64,000 nt of DNA, taken from positions 7,688,001 to 7,752,000 of the forward strand of contig OZ004607.1 of NCBI GenBank assembly GCA_963924565.1, read 5' to 3'. Position numbers and translations under genes: made by a program. Shown here piece by piece: positions 23,624-37,500 of this stretch (position 1 is its first letter; each line of letters opens with the position of its first letter). The notes under the pieces were generated by a model that did no database searches, was not told the origin of the DNA, and worked only from the letters and a program-made list of their open reading frames with translations. Source of the stretch: Ascidiella aspersa (taxonomy: Eukaryota).

Positions 23624-26600
23624 CTGCGTGTTGGCCAATGTTGGTTATGCGCTTGCAAGTGGATTTGAACACAAAAAAGGATGGGTTGGGGCCTAGAGCA
23701 GTGGTTTTCAACCGGGTGTATTGTACACCCCAGGTTGTACCAGAATTGTTAAAGGATATACCACATTGATGGGGTCTACTGGGGTGTGCAATATACCGCA
23801 ATAAAATAAGCTTAACATCAGGTATCATAATAAATAAACCGATGTATTACATGACTGAATAATGTGTACAATACATGGCACCACATGTATTTAAGCCTAT
23901 GTAGCTTGTAAGATATTATATTATATTATATTTGTGACATTATACCTGTTTGCAGTGCAACAGGGTGTATGTTTCTATAAGCTTAGTGCATTGCGTGGAC
24001 TGGGATGTACAAGTTCTTTAGTAAACGTAAAAGTGTGTACTGTTCCAAAAAAGGTTGACAAGCACTCACCTAGAGCACTGTTAACTATAGCTATACGGAG
24101 TAGAGGTTGGTCATTTCGAAAAATTATTGTGGACCATTTTGAATATAACTTGCAGACTTTATAAATGAAGAAGTTATTCTAAACAAACGTAGATTTGAAT
24201 CGTGTTGTTGGCACTCACACCCCACTTCACTTTGTTAAGGAGTGGAATCCCAGCTGATGCTCTCCACAAATAGCTTTACTATATGTCGCCTTATAGTTTA
24301 AAGCCTTTAAGTTTACAGTAGATTGGTGAATAGCCTAAAGTGCAAAAAGCCAATAGGCTGCAAAATCGCGAAAAAAAATATGCTGGGACTACACAAAATG
24401 GCAAACCCAGTATATTTTAACTGTTTTTACATTAGTCCTAGAGACTTGTCAGAAGGTCGCCATAGCTTTCTAGTTTCTGTTGAGTCTGTAAAATATCTAA
24501 CGTTCCTATTTGTGTCACGCATTTAAAATTACATCAGAGCAAACATCACGCTTATCACAAGCTTCACTTACAAAATATTCATGTAAGCCTAAGATATATA
24601 CCCAAAACTAATATTAGCCTGAAACTATATGCCAAAATAATTGCTCGAAATAGATTCGCGTGTTACAATAAATTATCTGTCGTTTTACCGAACATTATCC
24701 ATAGAATGACAGTCTTTTCCTTTGGTCTTGAAACGTAGCAATCCACAACGTTCGGGCAGGGAAACCTTGCACACTTAAACAACTCTGGAACCCAGAACTT
24801 GTACACGTAGATGTTGAATTGGGCCACCATGAAACCGATTTCGATAAACAATCTAATTAAAACCTGTTAGAAAAAGATTGTTAGGTCCTGTCTTACAATC
24901 GTAAAGAAAATGTATGTATATATAGGTTGTAAAGGGCTTTGGACGTAATAAAGAGCTGCGTGTATGCAGTTTCGATCTAATATGCAGTTGAGATCTGAGT
25001 TAAGATAGCATGTAATTAAGGTATTCGGAAAGAAGGATTCACTCTGCTAGGCGGTCCATTGCTTCTTTTACGAAACGATTGAAGGACAAAAACTTACTAT
25101 AATAACGAAATAAGCTTAAAAAATGAAAGATTTGTAAAATTTTATTAATTTCTTGTATTTTTTGAGTCCCCGTATAAGGATCAAACAGTTAATGTATGCG
25201 TGTTGTGTGTGTTCACAGTCTTGGAGACCGACTAAGATGTTATTAGGTACAGTAAACCTTGTGAACGTATTAACGTGTTGTTACCTGTGCGACGTATACC
25301 AGCAAAAGGGTGGATGGGGTGTCGGAGTTGAGTTGCGTGGCCACCACTTTGTCATCATCGTCATCATCTTTCTTTTCTTCCTTTTCGCCCTTGTCTTTTT
25401 TATTCTCATCGTCGTTCTTAAATAAGCAACAAAAGTAAAAAAATGATTCATTACGCACTATATAGCCATGTCGATGTACTTCAGTAGGGCAAAAGATAAA
25501 ATCATATATAACGTCACAGGTAGGTTTTTTTGATGGTTATTCGAAATTAGACTGAATAGTATTTAAAAAGTCCACAGAGCAACTCGCGATACGTTTAACC
25601 CGCAACGTAGTATACGTTGTCGTAAATGTGTAGGCGACGTACGTGTAAATTTGTTTAAGCAACCGTCACTTTTTTTTCTCCCAGTGGTCGTAAAACTCGA
25701 TTTACCATACCTCTGGTCTTACGTTGGTTACATTCGAAACAATTTGTAATGGTATTCGTATTTTAGGTAGACAAGAAACAAACTTACCCCTTTGTCTGAA
25801 AGGGGGTCATCCAGCGCGTTGTATTCTGTAAAAATAAATAGTATTCGTTGTTACTTAGATACAAGTTATTAAACAGACTATAAACTTGATGGACAGATGA
25901 TTTTTATTCTTGTTTTAAGCGAGTTAATGACAGAGATGCTTAAAAAATGTAAACCTAGTTTTCATCGACTTTTCGTAAATTTACCTTTGCTAATCAAGAT
26001 AAATTTTTGACAAAATACTTGTTGGAGCCAAATCGCAGATGATTTATAAGAAAAACAAAAAAATAGAGGGGCTATTCACCAAGCTTGTTGAACTTTTTAA
26101 CGCAACACAATAAAACCAATATTAGCCTGACATGTATATGCCTAGAAATAGTTTGACGGTGTTATGAGGATCTGCAATCTTATAAAAGAGGGGTAGGCAA
26201 TTATTTTTGACAAAGAGTCGCATAAGAGACACATAATGTCCTGACGGGCCGGATCTAAACGGGCTTTGAAATACACATAGTATAAAGTGTGATTCCTTTA
26301 CAAAGCTAGCTTTAAATATTTGAGTTTAGACAAGCTGGTAAGAGTATTGGAATAAGTGAACATACCTTACATGTATAATTCATACAATAAAAGATGCCAA
26401 AAGTACAAAAAAGGCATAATTCTGTTAAAAAAGTATTACAAAAAGTAAGTCGCGGGCCGGATTTAGTAGTTTGCCCAGGTTTGTTATAGAACATCAATCA
26501 GATAATGATAGTATTTTCCTTGGGCTTTGGAACTCCGTGAATATTAAGGCACAAACCCAAGTATACTGTTATTCGAACCACTCAAGACCACCCGCTGACA

Positions 26601-28060
26601 GCGACCGTTTGACATTGAAGAGCGCTATCGCGACACTCGGAGCAATAATTTCGCAATCACTAGCTCGGGCGCAAAGTTCGACAAAGTTCAACTTGCCCCG
26701 ACCCAAAAGGCAAATAGGCCCGAGGCCGAAGCGCCACTATTTACCCGGCGGCCCGCTCCCCTGCCTTGATATCCTCGTCCCGTCCTGGATGGCCAGCACT
26801 CGATTCTCCTCCCTCGTTTTTTTTGCCTTCTCCCTCCGCTCCTTCTCTTTCTCCTGCTCCTCCTGACGCATCTTCTTGGCTTGCGAGATCTTCTCCAGCT
26901 TGTGAGCGACGTACACCATGAACACGACCATAGGAAGCGACGCGCACAGGATCTGAGTGGTTTAGGTTTGGTTAAGAGGGCGTGACCTCGCGAAGTTATT
27001 AAAATAGGCGTAACGTTTGATGAAGTCTATAACTGCAGCCTTCGAACGCTGTTCAATTGATGCGTTCATTAACGGTACAGAGAGTATCTTTGCTGAATGT
27101 CTGATTATCGTATTAGGGCAGCACTTTTTTCCTCTTGTTAAAAGCCATTATGATACCAATTGCATTTAATAAATTACTTGTAGTGGCCCATCCATGCTTA
27201 TAGTGGAACATTTTTTGCATAGGCGCGATTAGCAAGAAAGAACAATAGAACGGTTTGGATAACAGGTTTAATGCAAGACTAAACTTTGTAACCAAAAATA
27301 CATCAGTACCCAGAGTCGCCTTTTTGTGCTTTCTGAATCGAAAAACTCAAGGTGCTTTTATACAAGTTATGGTAACGAATTTAAAGAGAAGAGCGATATA
27401 TAAATACAGGCCATTGTTACATGACAAATTTTGACTTTACATGACTCATTTTTGAAAAATTACTCTCACCCTTGATATTGTTTCGATGCATATTTCTCTT
27501 TAGGTATCTCATAGAAATGATTAAACGCTGACAGACTATATTAAAGTCTATTTTTTTTTTTTTAATATTCTATATCAATATTTTCATCTGTTGGCTGAAA
27601 GCAGTGCCATGTGCTTGCCTAAACGCTGAGTTCACTACAAACAAATCAACACAAAAGTTGGCAAAGCGGCGACACTCTTTAACGTGAAACTTGCTTGGCT
27701 AAACCTATAATAAGGCCCGGCTCCAATATCTCTTTTCTGCGTCGTTTAGCTTTAAGTGAGTTTTTTGATCACGCTTCCTTTTTTGAGTCCTTAAAGCTTA
27801 CACTAAAACCACCAACCCACCTGCAGAGCCCAAAGCTGGACGAGCGAGATCGGACTGAATTCGTTGAAGCAGACGTTGGCACAACCTGGCGTCTCAGTGT
27901 TGCACACAAAGTTGTCCTGCTCGTCTCCGAACACGTTGTCGGCGATTGAAACCACGATGAGGAACCTTAGAACGAAGAAGAAGGTCACCCAGAACTTGCC
28001 CACCAGAGTGGAGTGCTCCGCACCTTGCTCCACTAGCTTCTCGATGATGTGCCAACCCAT
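23277..28060 (-). CDS. Connexin (gap junction protein), paralog 2; 6 coding exons, 379 aa
   Basis: join(complement 27821-28060, 26745-26952, 25788-25825, 25285-25416, 24689-24863, 23277-23623) = 1140 nt, open. Same Cys spacing (VCNTETPGCANVCFNE; FKCARFPCPNVVDCYVSRPKEKT) and same intron positions/phases as paralog 1. Confidence 0.95.
23699..24067. mobile_element. hAT/Charlie-like MITE in connexin 2 intron 5
   Basis: cagtggttttcaacc...ggttgacaagcactc; 8-bp TSD gcctagag/acctagag. Confidence 0.75.
24689..24863 (-). CDS. Connexin 2 exon 5
   Basis: taacag|VLIRLFIEIGF...SRPKEKTVILWIMF-G|gtaaaa; 175 nt. Confidence 0.95.
25285..25416 (-). CDS. Connexin 2 exon 4
   Basis: tttaag|NDDENKKDKGEKEEKKDDDDDDKVVATQLNSDTPSTLLLVYVAQ|gtaac (AAG acceptor). 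Confidence 0.88.
25788..25825 (-). CDS. Connexin 2 exon 3 (38-nt micro-exon, EYNALDDPLSDKG)
   Basis: ttacag|...|gtaagt, phase 1 to 0. Confidence 0.85.
26190..26482. mobile_element. Degenerate hAT-like MITE
   Basis: ggggtaggcaa...gtttgccc ends with internal cgggccgg motifs. Confidence 0.45.
26745..26952 (-). CDS. Connexin 2 exon 2
   Basis: actcag|ILCASLPMVVFMVYVAHK...GSGPP-G|gtaaat. Confidence 0.93.
27821..28060 (-). CDS. Connexin 2 exon 1
   Basis: MGWHIIEKLVEQGAEHSTLVGKFW...LWALQ|gtgggt; 240 nt. Confidence 0.95.
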
Positions 28061-31000
28061 CTTTTGAGGATATCAGATCGCGTATGAGTCGTATGTGTGT
28101 TGCTTGTCTTGGTCTTGTGGTTTCGCTTTTGTACAGAGAAGATTGTATTTAATGTTTCACTCGAGGCAACATTTCTATTGAGAACTTTATTGAACAGAGG
28201 ATCCAAGAGACGTGACACCTGAATAATTATAAAACTTTGTTTGATAATGAGGCGACCAAGGGAATGATTTAAGTCATTAGCGAAATATGAATGTGTTTTT
28301 TTTCCTACATATTATACATCTTATCTTATAGCGATAATCCATTGTTTGATACTAAAACCATCAACATAAAAAAACACTAATTAATTTAACAGGGAAACTT
28401 CTGCCTTTAAACACATTTTTGTAATCTAAAATAAGCTAATTTAAATGGTGTAAAAATACTTTTAAATCTATTACATCCTCTACAGCTGAAAAATATCTCT
28501 AAATGTATTTTTTAAAAGTCTATTTGTTTCAATGCTAAAAAGTACGTTACGCCTCCTTGTCATTTTTCATAACGCTCAACAATGCAACAATCTGGCTTGT
28601 ATATTTACTTTACATATCTTACCACAAGGCACAAGCAATACGTCCTCAAGTTCTAACTTACAGTCATCTCTCCAGGTCGCAAATTACACATCGAGACAAT
28701 ACTATACTCAACAAAATACTGCCTTTCATTTTCGTAAACGGATTCCTGCTTAAACAGCTTCTCCGTAAGGTTAAACAAGTAGCCTAGGGCGGTACGCGTT
28801 TTCTTTTGTTCCCGGTTTGTGAGGCCAAACTCCAAATCCAACCATTTGCCGGTCCCGAAGCTCGTACGACGTTGCCCAAAGCGCGTACGAATAAAAAGTT
28901 ACTCATTACTCAAGGAATAAATAAATATTGGCCCAAAAAGTCTTGAGCAAACACTATACGATCTAAGGTATACGCCAGCCATCGAGCTATTCCCAAAACT
29001 CTGAAGAAGACGCTGGCACGGTTATATAACAACTCTATAAAAGACTTGTTTTTTAATTTAATTGTTTCGATAATATCTATTAGAAATAGGTGTTTCTATT
29101 TCTATCGTGTCGTGTCATTTATTAACATCTTCACATATAGCTGTTGGTTGGCGGAACTTTGTTTACCCGTATCTAAACTAGAGTCTTGGGTCGGTTAACA
29201 TAAGACATAGCGTTTCTTACGAGCGGGCGTTTTAATATATGTGTGCTCAGTGTTACAGCGAACACGGGTTGCGTTTTAAATCTTTTGCTATCTTCAGCGT
29301 GGTGTCTTTTAAGAGCCGAATCCTAAGGTGAATATATCGTAGATATACCAGCTGCGTAGTCCACTGGCAACTTAACGTTAATAGATCTAATTAATTGTTC
29401 ATTATACATTTTAAGCACAACGTCAATTGGTTTAACCTCTACACTTTATATTTTTAACTTCAAAAATCAATTTCTTTACATCGAAAAGTAACATCTTAAC
29501 GCAAATAAATATCTTAACGCTTATGTGTTGCGTTCTAAATATTTTTCGGAAACTGACAACATCAATGATATGGGGAATTACTCTTTTAAATTCTCGAGAT
29601 ATTGAACTTATTAAAAAAATATTAAAACAAGAGAAAATTTTAAATTTTATTTTACTGATGACAAAATCAGGCGCACGGAACTTTTAACAGTAAAAGCTAA
29701 GTCAGGCAATTAAATCAAATTTCCTCCACACCATTGAATTATCAATTTTTTTTCCAAGTCACATAATTATTCCACTCAGTACAGACGTCATTATTTTTAT
29801 ATAGCTATGTACTTGAAATAACCAAAACAACAAAAGGCTTTTCGTTTCCTGGAACTTTTAAAATGTGTCTTAACTTAACTAAAAACTAAATCTCTAACAG
29901 TTTGGTCTTCTAAAAAAAAACTCGCAAACAAAATATTTAAATTTGCCCTAGATTCACTTTTAATTTAATTCACCCCAAAGCACCTCCACCTGTGTATTGT
30001 TTAAAGTTCTCTTTAGTCTCATTCATACCTTCACTGATATTTCACGACGACTAGCCTGGCTCAAATGAACAGATATATTCTCTCCTTCTAGCGTCACTGG
30101 CAAACACGCAAGTCACAAGGTACACAACTGGCCTAAGTATGTCATCACCAAAAGCGTCATCTTTTACTAAACGGTCATTTCTCTTTGCTATGAGTCGAAC
30201 CACATTCACAATACCAAAACAGATTTATACCGCGGCTTTTCCCGTTACAAAAATCTATATTGCAATAAAGTTATTTGTATAAACTTTGATTTTTATTAAA
30301 ACATGTATTGCATCTCCGCTGCATACAAATTGTTTGAATGCAAAAATTTAGTTCTTTATACGCTATTTTTATTTGAAAATTTTGCGCTACTATAGATATA
30401 AATCGTGATTTCACATTTTTTTTCTGACCGAATTAACGTTGGCAAATTTTCGCTCGCGGACATTTTGGAAATAGATTTTTTGGCCAAACCTGAAAAAGGC
30501 TTTGGGACAAATGATATTTTGCAAAACTGAGATTTTTTCGCTTAAGGTAACAAAAAAGTCTGTTGTATTTAATGCTGATAAGGTTGAGTTAAGGATTTTC
30601 ACTTGATGAACTTGGTCATTGTTTGAGCAGTGATGTAGCAAGCCCAAATTGCCTAATAGTCTTTACATCGCTGTTTTACAATAAACGTACATTTGCAACG
30701 CCGTGTATTTACATGCCAGAATATAACCCATTCGAGACGCCTCTCTGATTTAAAATTGATTCCGCAGTGATTTGCCATAGAGTTTGTATTTAATTTTTTT
30801 TTTTGAAATCACCATTGCTTTAGTTTTATGTGCCAAAAGTCGTGAAAATAAATTGGGGTTATTTGCATGAAATGAAACACCTGTTTTAAAGACTGTCTGT
30901 TTCACCTGTGCATTTTTACAGGAGCTCCGGCACACCTATGTGTATATATAAACTTTATGTAAGTTAACCGCAAGTAAGACGCACGTTAAGCCCTTGGTTT

Positions 31001-32302
31001 GCCCACGCAAGTCGTCGCTATTTCGCATTTAAACCGCGCCGAAATGAAATCAATGATTAACCTTTGGATCAGACTCTTGTCCTAAATAACTGGGACAAGG
31101 TCGTTCCTCTGCCCACGTATGCAAGGTATGGGGCGAGTGTGCGTGTGTGTGTGTGCGCAAGATAACTGGTGTGTATTTGTGTGTGCACGAAGCGGTTTCG
31201 TGGAAACTTTTGGTCACGTCGTCAGTAAAGCAATCAAAATCAAACAGTTTATTCCCGATGTTTTAAAAATCGACATTTCTTTGTATTGTTACTATGGGAT
31301 GGTGAAGTCGTGGTCTCACAATATATAAATTTCTGTAAATACGGATATTTCGTATAACTTAATTCCTAACATTGAAAACTTTCTACAAACAACTATATAG
31401 GCCAGGGTCACATTACTCTTTAAAGATAGTATTTGAAAATTCGGTCTTCAAATCGAAGCCAAGCATAGATTTTCCGTTACTATACTATATTAACGTTTCT
31501 ATTTTTTGTTTTAAAAATATTCAATAAAATGTATGGACCTTATAGAGCTTTTCGACAAAAAAGAGGAAGATTCAGACCATTGTAGATAATTTTTGTCATT
31601 CAAAAATAGTTTAGCTTCACAACTTGTTTTTAAACCCGCTTGTTCTTTTTAATTTAGACGCAGTTTTATTATTTGACGAAAAGAATACGCAGTGAAAATG
31701 TGTTTTCCGTCCAGTTTATTGGTTTTGAACATTTTTTTGCATAAGTTTATACATTGTATTCATCCAGAGTCTGTTAACTCCTAATGCCTGAACCAATGCC
31801 TTAAAAAAGCAATTTTGGTCGGGTAAGCGATAGGACGGCCACAACTCACATACATATAGCATAAGAATCAAGGCTGACTGGACAAAGCCTATCCGCCTTA
31901 GACAAACAAAATCGCAAACAGTCTGCAAACATTTAACTCTCGACGAACGAATTTTGTGGCTCGATGAATCAAGGCAAAAAGGGTTTGACCAATCTATCTG
32001 TATAACAGACATGGTAGGGTAAGATAGTGACACGGGTTACCGTTCGTTACAAAACTATGTAGTTAACGGTCACATATTTAAGCAAGTTCACAGGCCAAAC
32101 CATATAAAAATTTATTCGCCAATAAGGTAGGAAAGTTGATTTTCCTAAATAAGCCATTTTGTAATCAGTCTATCAACCAGATTTATAACTCCATGCGAAC
32201 CTTGTTTACCTTATAATAATGCAAGGTGTGTACAACATTTTATCGTTAGGATTCATAAACCTTGTATGATAAAAATAGTTATAATTGACGAAATCAACGC
32301 CA

Positions 32303-32569
32303 TTTGTTTTCTCTCCTGAATCTCTGGTTTTGTTTTTCTCTCCTGAATCTCTGGTTTTGTTTTTCTCTCCTGAATCTCTGGTTTTGTTTTTCTCTCCTGA
32401 ATCTCTGGTTTTGTTTTTCTCTCCTGAATCTCTGGTTTTGTTTTTCTCTCCTGAATCTCTGGTTTTGTTTTTCTCTCCTGAATCTCTGGTTTTGTTTTTC
32501 TCTCCTGAATCTCTGGTTTTGTTTTTCTCTCCTGAATCTCTGGTTTTATATTTCTCTCTTGAATCTCTG
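32303..32569. repeat. 27-bp minisatellite, about 10 near-perfect copies
   Basis: Unit TTTGTTTTTCTCTCCTGAATCTCTGGT; explains the repetitive ORFs on both strands. Confidence 0.97.
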
Positions 32570-33683
32570 AATAAATTTGGCTTTGTTTGTCTGTAAGTCT
32601 CCCATATATGTTTCAAGCAAGAGAGATACGGAACACTGTCGCGCACTTTGCTCCGTCTTACTCCGGCGAGACGCTCTTAAATACAAAGAAAGTCATTTGC
32701 TCCCAGACAGAAAAAACAGCGTTCTTTCTATAAAAGAAGTCCGGCGCAATAAGGACGCGTCGTCTCAATACTCATACGTGTTTGTTTTTGAAGAATAACC
32801 TTTATACTATGTGTTTTTCTGATTTCTTTTTGACCCGGCGTTTTACAAAACATTCTTTGTTCCTCATGTAAACCCTTATAAAAATAATGCCAACCGTGAG
32901 TTTAAAACCAAAAAAACTATATGCAAAATTCCGGTAAATTTCACGAAAAAAAGTACTTTTACAAACATATTTTTTACTTTTAAACGTAATTGTTTCTTTC
33001 GGTGTGTTTACTTACGCAAAATATAGACAGAATTATCAAAATATCGCGTTTATTGCGTCGGTTTTAATAGTAAGCAATTTTTACTTTCAAACTGGTTACG
33101 GATTTGTTTTATGTTGAACGTCGTTTGGTGCCGGGATACCACGTTTACTTGGATATCAAGCAAGTCGAACAATAACTGCTGCCACACTTCTTGTAATATT
33201 AACACAATTTGACTAAGCACTGGGAAACTTAAACTTATATCGTACAACAAACCTGCCTGAGTATAATTTGCAACCGATTTGAGCCAAGCCTAATAATTTC
33301 TGACAGTGTGTTCATAGCCACGCAAAAAATTAGGCGGCGTTTAGAAATATCGGCTGCCAAATTTACACCAGGCTAGCAAATTTACAGGACACGTTACAAC
33401 GTAATACACAAAAGCAAATAAAGTTTCACAGCATAATAATTGTTTTACTTTGTTTAACCACGCAAAATTCAAATAGATTTATAATATTATCGCGCTTCTA
33501 ACAGTTGTAATTGATTTGCATTGTCGGTATAACACGGGTAGGCCTTTACCAGTTAAAAACAAACTGGTTAATATTCCATTTTAGTTATTTCGTCTAGTTA
33601 ATTATATGTAAAACTTATGTTTTAAAACAGTTCGAACAAAAAGGTTAGAACAGTCTCGCAAAAGTTTTTTAAACTCTCTAAAG

Positions 33684-34181
33684 CAGTGGTTCACAAACTT
33701 TTTTAGAAAAATTGCGCAACGGTCTCTCAGCAACTTTTTTAAATTGCTCACGGTCCCCTAAAAATATACACAAAATAACATTTGTTTTTAATGGTATCAA
33801 TTGGGTGCACTTGCATGGGTGCACTTGCTTCTTTGCTATCAGCTCGGCTATGTTAACCTCTAACAAATCACTTTTTTGTGTGAAGCAATCACAAACAGTT
33901 TTAAATTTTAAAACCATGACCGTACAGCTCACAGTGCCAGCGCAGCAAGCTGTAAAAACGCTCATTAGCACAATGCAATACTGTGACGCCACAATGGACA
34001 ATTCAACTCAAAGTGTACAATAACGTGAATGAGCAACTAATCAGCTTGCTTTGGAAAAGTAAGTTTCCTGAATTTTTTTTGCACAAGAGGTTTTCTTCTT
34101 TAGGAGCGTCGTTTTGATTTTTTGTTAGGTGCTTCGCGGTCCCAGAAAATTGTCTCGCGGACCCCAGTATGAGAACCACTG
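33684..34181. mobile_element. hAT/Charlie-like MITE
   Basis: cagtggttc...gaaccactg TIRs; perfect 8-bp TSD ctctaaag. Confidence 0.85.
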
Positions 34182-34313
34182 CTCTAAAGGTTAAACTGAA
34201 TTCATTTCTATGCAAAAGGATTTAAAATTAGATATAATACGACTTCGCTGCAAAAAATAATATAAATCTTCAAGTTTTAATTTGGAACAGCACGAAAACA
34301 CAATAAAGATAAA

Positions 34314-34534
34314 CCATTTTGTCATCAGTCTATCAACCAGATTTATAACTTCATGCGAACCTTGTTTACCTTATAATAATGCAAGGTGTGTACAACATTT
34401 TATCATTCACGTTATTGTACACTTTGAGTTGAATTGACCATTGTGACGTCACAGTATTGCATTTGCTAATAAGAGTTACGTTTTTACAGCTTGCTGCGCT
34501 GTCACTGTGAGCTGTACGGTCATGCTTTTAAAAC
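34314..34534. repeat. Patchwork duplication: direct copy of 32154-32244 fused to inverted copy of about 33906-34032
   Basis: Both segments align with few mismatches; 2-bp (tc) junction microhomology. Confidence 0.85.
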
Positions 34535-37500
34535 AGGGTTGCCAGTTTGGATTTTTTTATGTTTTTTTAAACAAATACTCGAAATGGTAGGCTATTCGAA
34601 AGAAAGCGCTAAAAATGTGAAGAACAATTTATTAAATGCTGATAAATTATATATAATGAAATGTAAATTAGTCATAATAGAAGAAACCTACATTTGTTCT
34701 GTTATCAAATATCGAGCGGATTAAATGATAGACAATGCAAAAATGATAGACCGTCATCTTTATTTTTTCTTAACAATTTCAATAGACACGTAGATTAGTC
34801 GTTATAACAAAATCATGTTTTATTTAAATTTATTTTTCATATTTAGACAACTTACCAAAGAGCTGATCTTGTTGCTTTATCATTCTGAAGACCAATATTG
34901 AAAAATGGAAACTAACTATATGTTCTATTTTCTCAATTTCCAATTTAATTTATAAAGAAACGCAAAGATCCTTACAAACGGTTATGGAAAAAAGCTTTAA
35001 TTTGAAACAAATATAGTAAGAATAGAGTCCAAAGAAAATTTGTCGTTTAACGATTTAAAAATCCGAATGAAATTCTCACAGACAGATAGATACCGCTCCA
35101 AACCCTTATCAAACTAATTTAAAACGTTTTGTCGCTCTTCCCTATAGGAACGTGTGTTGTAATAGGGCGTGTCGAGTGTCATCCAAAGTTGCTTGTCACA
35201 CTCGTCCATATTTTGTTTGTTCTGTATCTATATGAGCGCTTATGAGGAGGGCGACGACCCGTTCAGTGCCACATGGCTACATCATTGCACATATATACAT
35301 TTCCACTTGTGACCCTCGACGGCTTTTATTGTTTGCGCCATTTATTCGCTGGTCCCTGTACACAATTGGATCAGGTAGTAATATATGATTTTCCATGTTT
35401 TAGCCGTTTTGGATTCTGTTTCCAGCAAATAATAGGGTTCTCCAAACTGCTTATGTTTTTCCAATTTTAGTCTCATTGCTAGAGTTCTTATTATTTTTTA
35501 TAGAACAAAATACTGTAATATATTTATTACTAAGTTTCTGCTAATTAATTGTTTTCAAAGTAAAAAACAACTACATTTTGGTAGAGTTAAGTTTTCGGGA
35601 AAAAATTCCAGTTTTTGGAAATTCGAAAGTGTTACTATAGGTTTATATATTTCAAGGTATTGTCCAGAATGTGACGAAATCTTATTTTTATTTCGACCTG
35701 TTAACAATTGTACACATTTTGGCTGACGTGTGTTTCATAGATCTCACATTTTTTTATTACCACATATAGTCTTTTGGTTAAAAGGGCGTCAAAAGAAAAG
35801 TTCGTTGCAAGGCAACACTATTCTTATCACCCGGTCTAAGTATGTTTCTAACCCTAATTTTAAGTAATCTGGGTACTTACAAAATTAAAAAATATGTATT
35901 TAGCATCCTACTTTTTATCAACTGTGTGAATAATTTATTTTTTTTTTTTAAATATGACGATTATAACAGCTAAATGTCGCAACAATTCGTAGAATTTGTA
36001 CAGCACTTGAAATGTTTGCTCTCGTTTTGTTAACCCACTCCCACGCATATGCAATTATTTGAGAGCGGTTCCACTTCACAAATAAACCAAACTTTCTGTT
36101 AAACGATGGATTGGTTGCAGTGTGTAGAAATATGGTATCGTTTATCCCGATATTTTAAACTAGAATTGTTTAGAAGCTCGTCCTATATTAAAATGGCATC
36201 GGTCCCGATCGATAAGTATACTTCAAGTTCTCACTTCGGTCGTGACTATAGTTAGGTTACACATTGTTGAAAGTTTCAAGTTTGGTTCAAAATAAAAATG
36301 GTTTAGATAAAAAGGTAGACACTACATACATTTTGTTTAAAAAAAAAGAGATTAGTTAAATAAGCAAACGTCACACATCATTAGCAGGTAATAGTAAAAT
36401 TCTAGCTGCTAGTTGGCATCAAGTGTTGTAAGCATGTGTGGGGATTTAAATGCGTTATAATGTTAGGCCTGTTTCTTTGTATTGCCGCCTTCAGCCTTCT
36501 GAACCCTCTTTATTTCTCTCCAGTAAAACTAACAAAAATTATCATTTAAGATAAAAACGCGTATGGCCTTCTCATTTAATGTATATTTTCGAAATAATTA
36601 GTAAACCTTTTTAAGTAAGCTAAACAATACTTAACGAAACATTAATCGTATAAAGATCATAAAAAAATAAATAAATACTAAGAAATAAATAAAAGCGTTA
36701 GCGCTTACTTTTTATGACCTTTGAACTTTTGTGATAGCACCATTCCGCCATGTTTGGCTCACGTAACCAATCGTAATACGTTTCAATATCGTAATACCGC
36801 CTATAATATTGTTTTTCTGGCTAATTTATATATTATATTTCTACAACAGGAACAGCATACTCGTATTATTCCAACTGCTAATAAATCTGTGTACACGATA
36901 ACGCGCAAGTAATATATGTCGTGGTTGCCTATATCGGTAAACCTTATTTGTTAATCAACCTTTTTCGTCTTGGAAAACAATTGCAAAGAAAACAGCGAGC
37001 GTACCGTGCTCCCATGGGGCTCTAGATTATCCCAATGTGTTACGGCGTATCGCCGCAATTATGAAATTACGACACCTGTCCCCGCTATCGTTCGATTGGC
37101 GAGAAAGAGAGCGGGCAATTCTCTCGGCCCAATCCGTGACACTCTGGCGCGCTCCGGATTAGCGCTAATTCTTATTGAACGCTTCCCTAATCTCTTCAAA
37201 TCTTGGTCGTTTGGGCGTGCGTTTGTGGATTTAGGCGAGTACTTTTCGTCGGGCCAACTATAATCTCCAATTGCAACATATCGCAATCCACATTTAACTG
37301 TAACGATTTAGTTTACGGAAACCCTGGTGTTGATAACTTAATTCCACCATTTTCTTGCATAGTTTTTTGGCAGCTATCTCGTCGCATGACCGTTACTGTA
37401 TAACTTGTGGTAAAGCCTTAATTGACATCTTCAGTTTTATCGAAGTAAAATGATGTTTGTACGTATCCGCTAGGTGGAGTTTTAACGCTTCGTAGGTTTT

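Noticed and set aside
23229-23696. 155-aa plus-strand ORF (also 15394-15900, 15705-15965, 21442-21657, 27864-28067)
   Set aside because: Antisense or alternate-frame shadows of GC-rich connexin exons.
32206-32646. Repetitive ORFs (TRDSGEKNK)n / (SPESLVLFF)n; superficially CRISPR-like
   Set aside because: Pure 27-bp tandem repeat with no spacers and no splice context; eukaryotic DNA.
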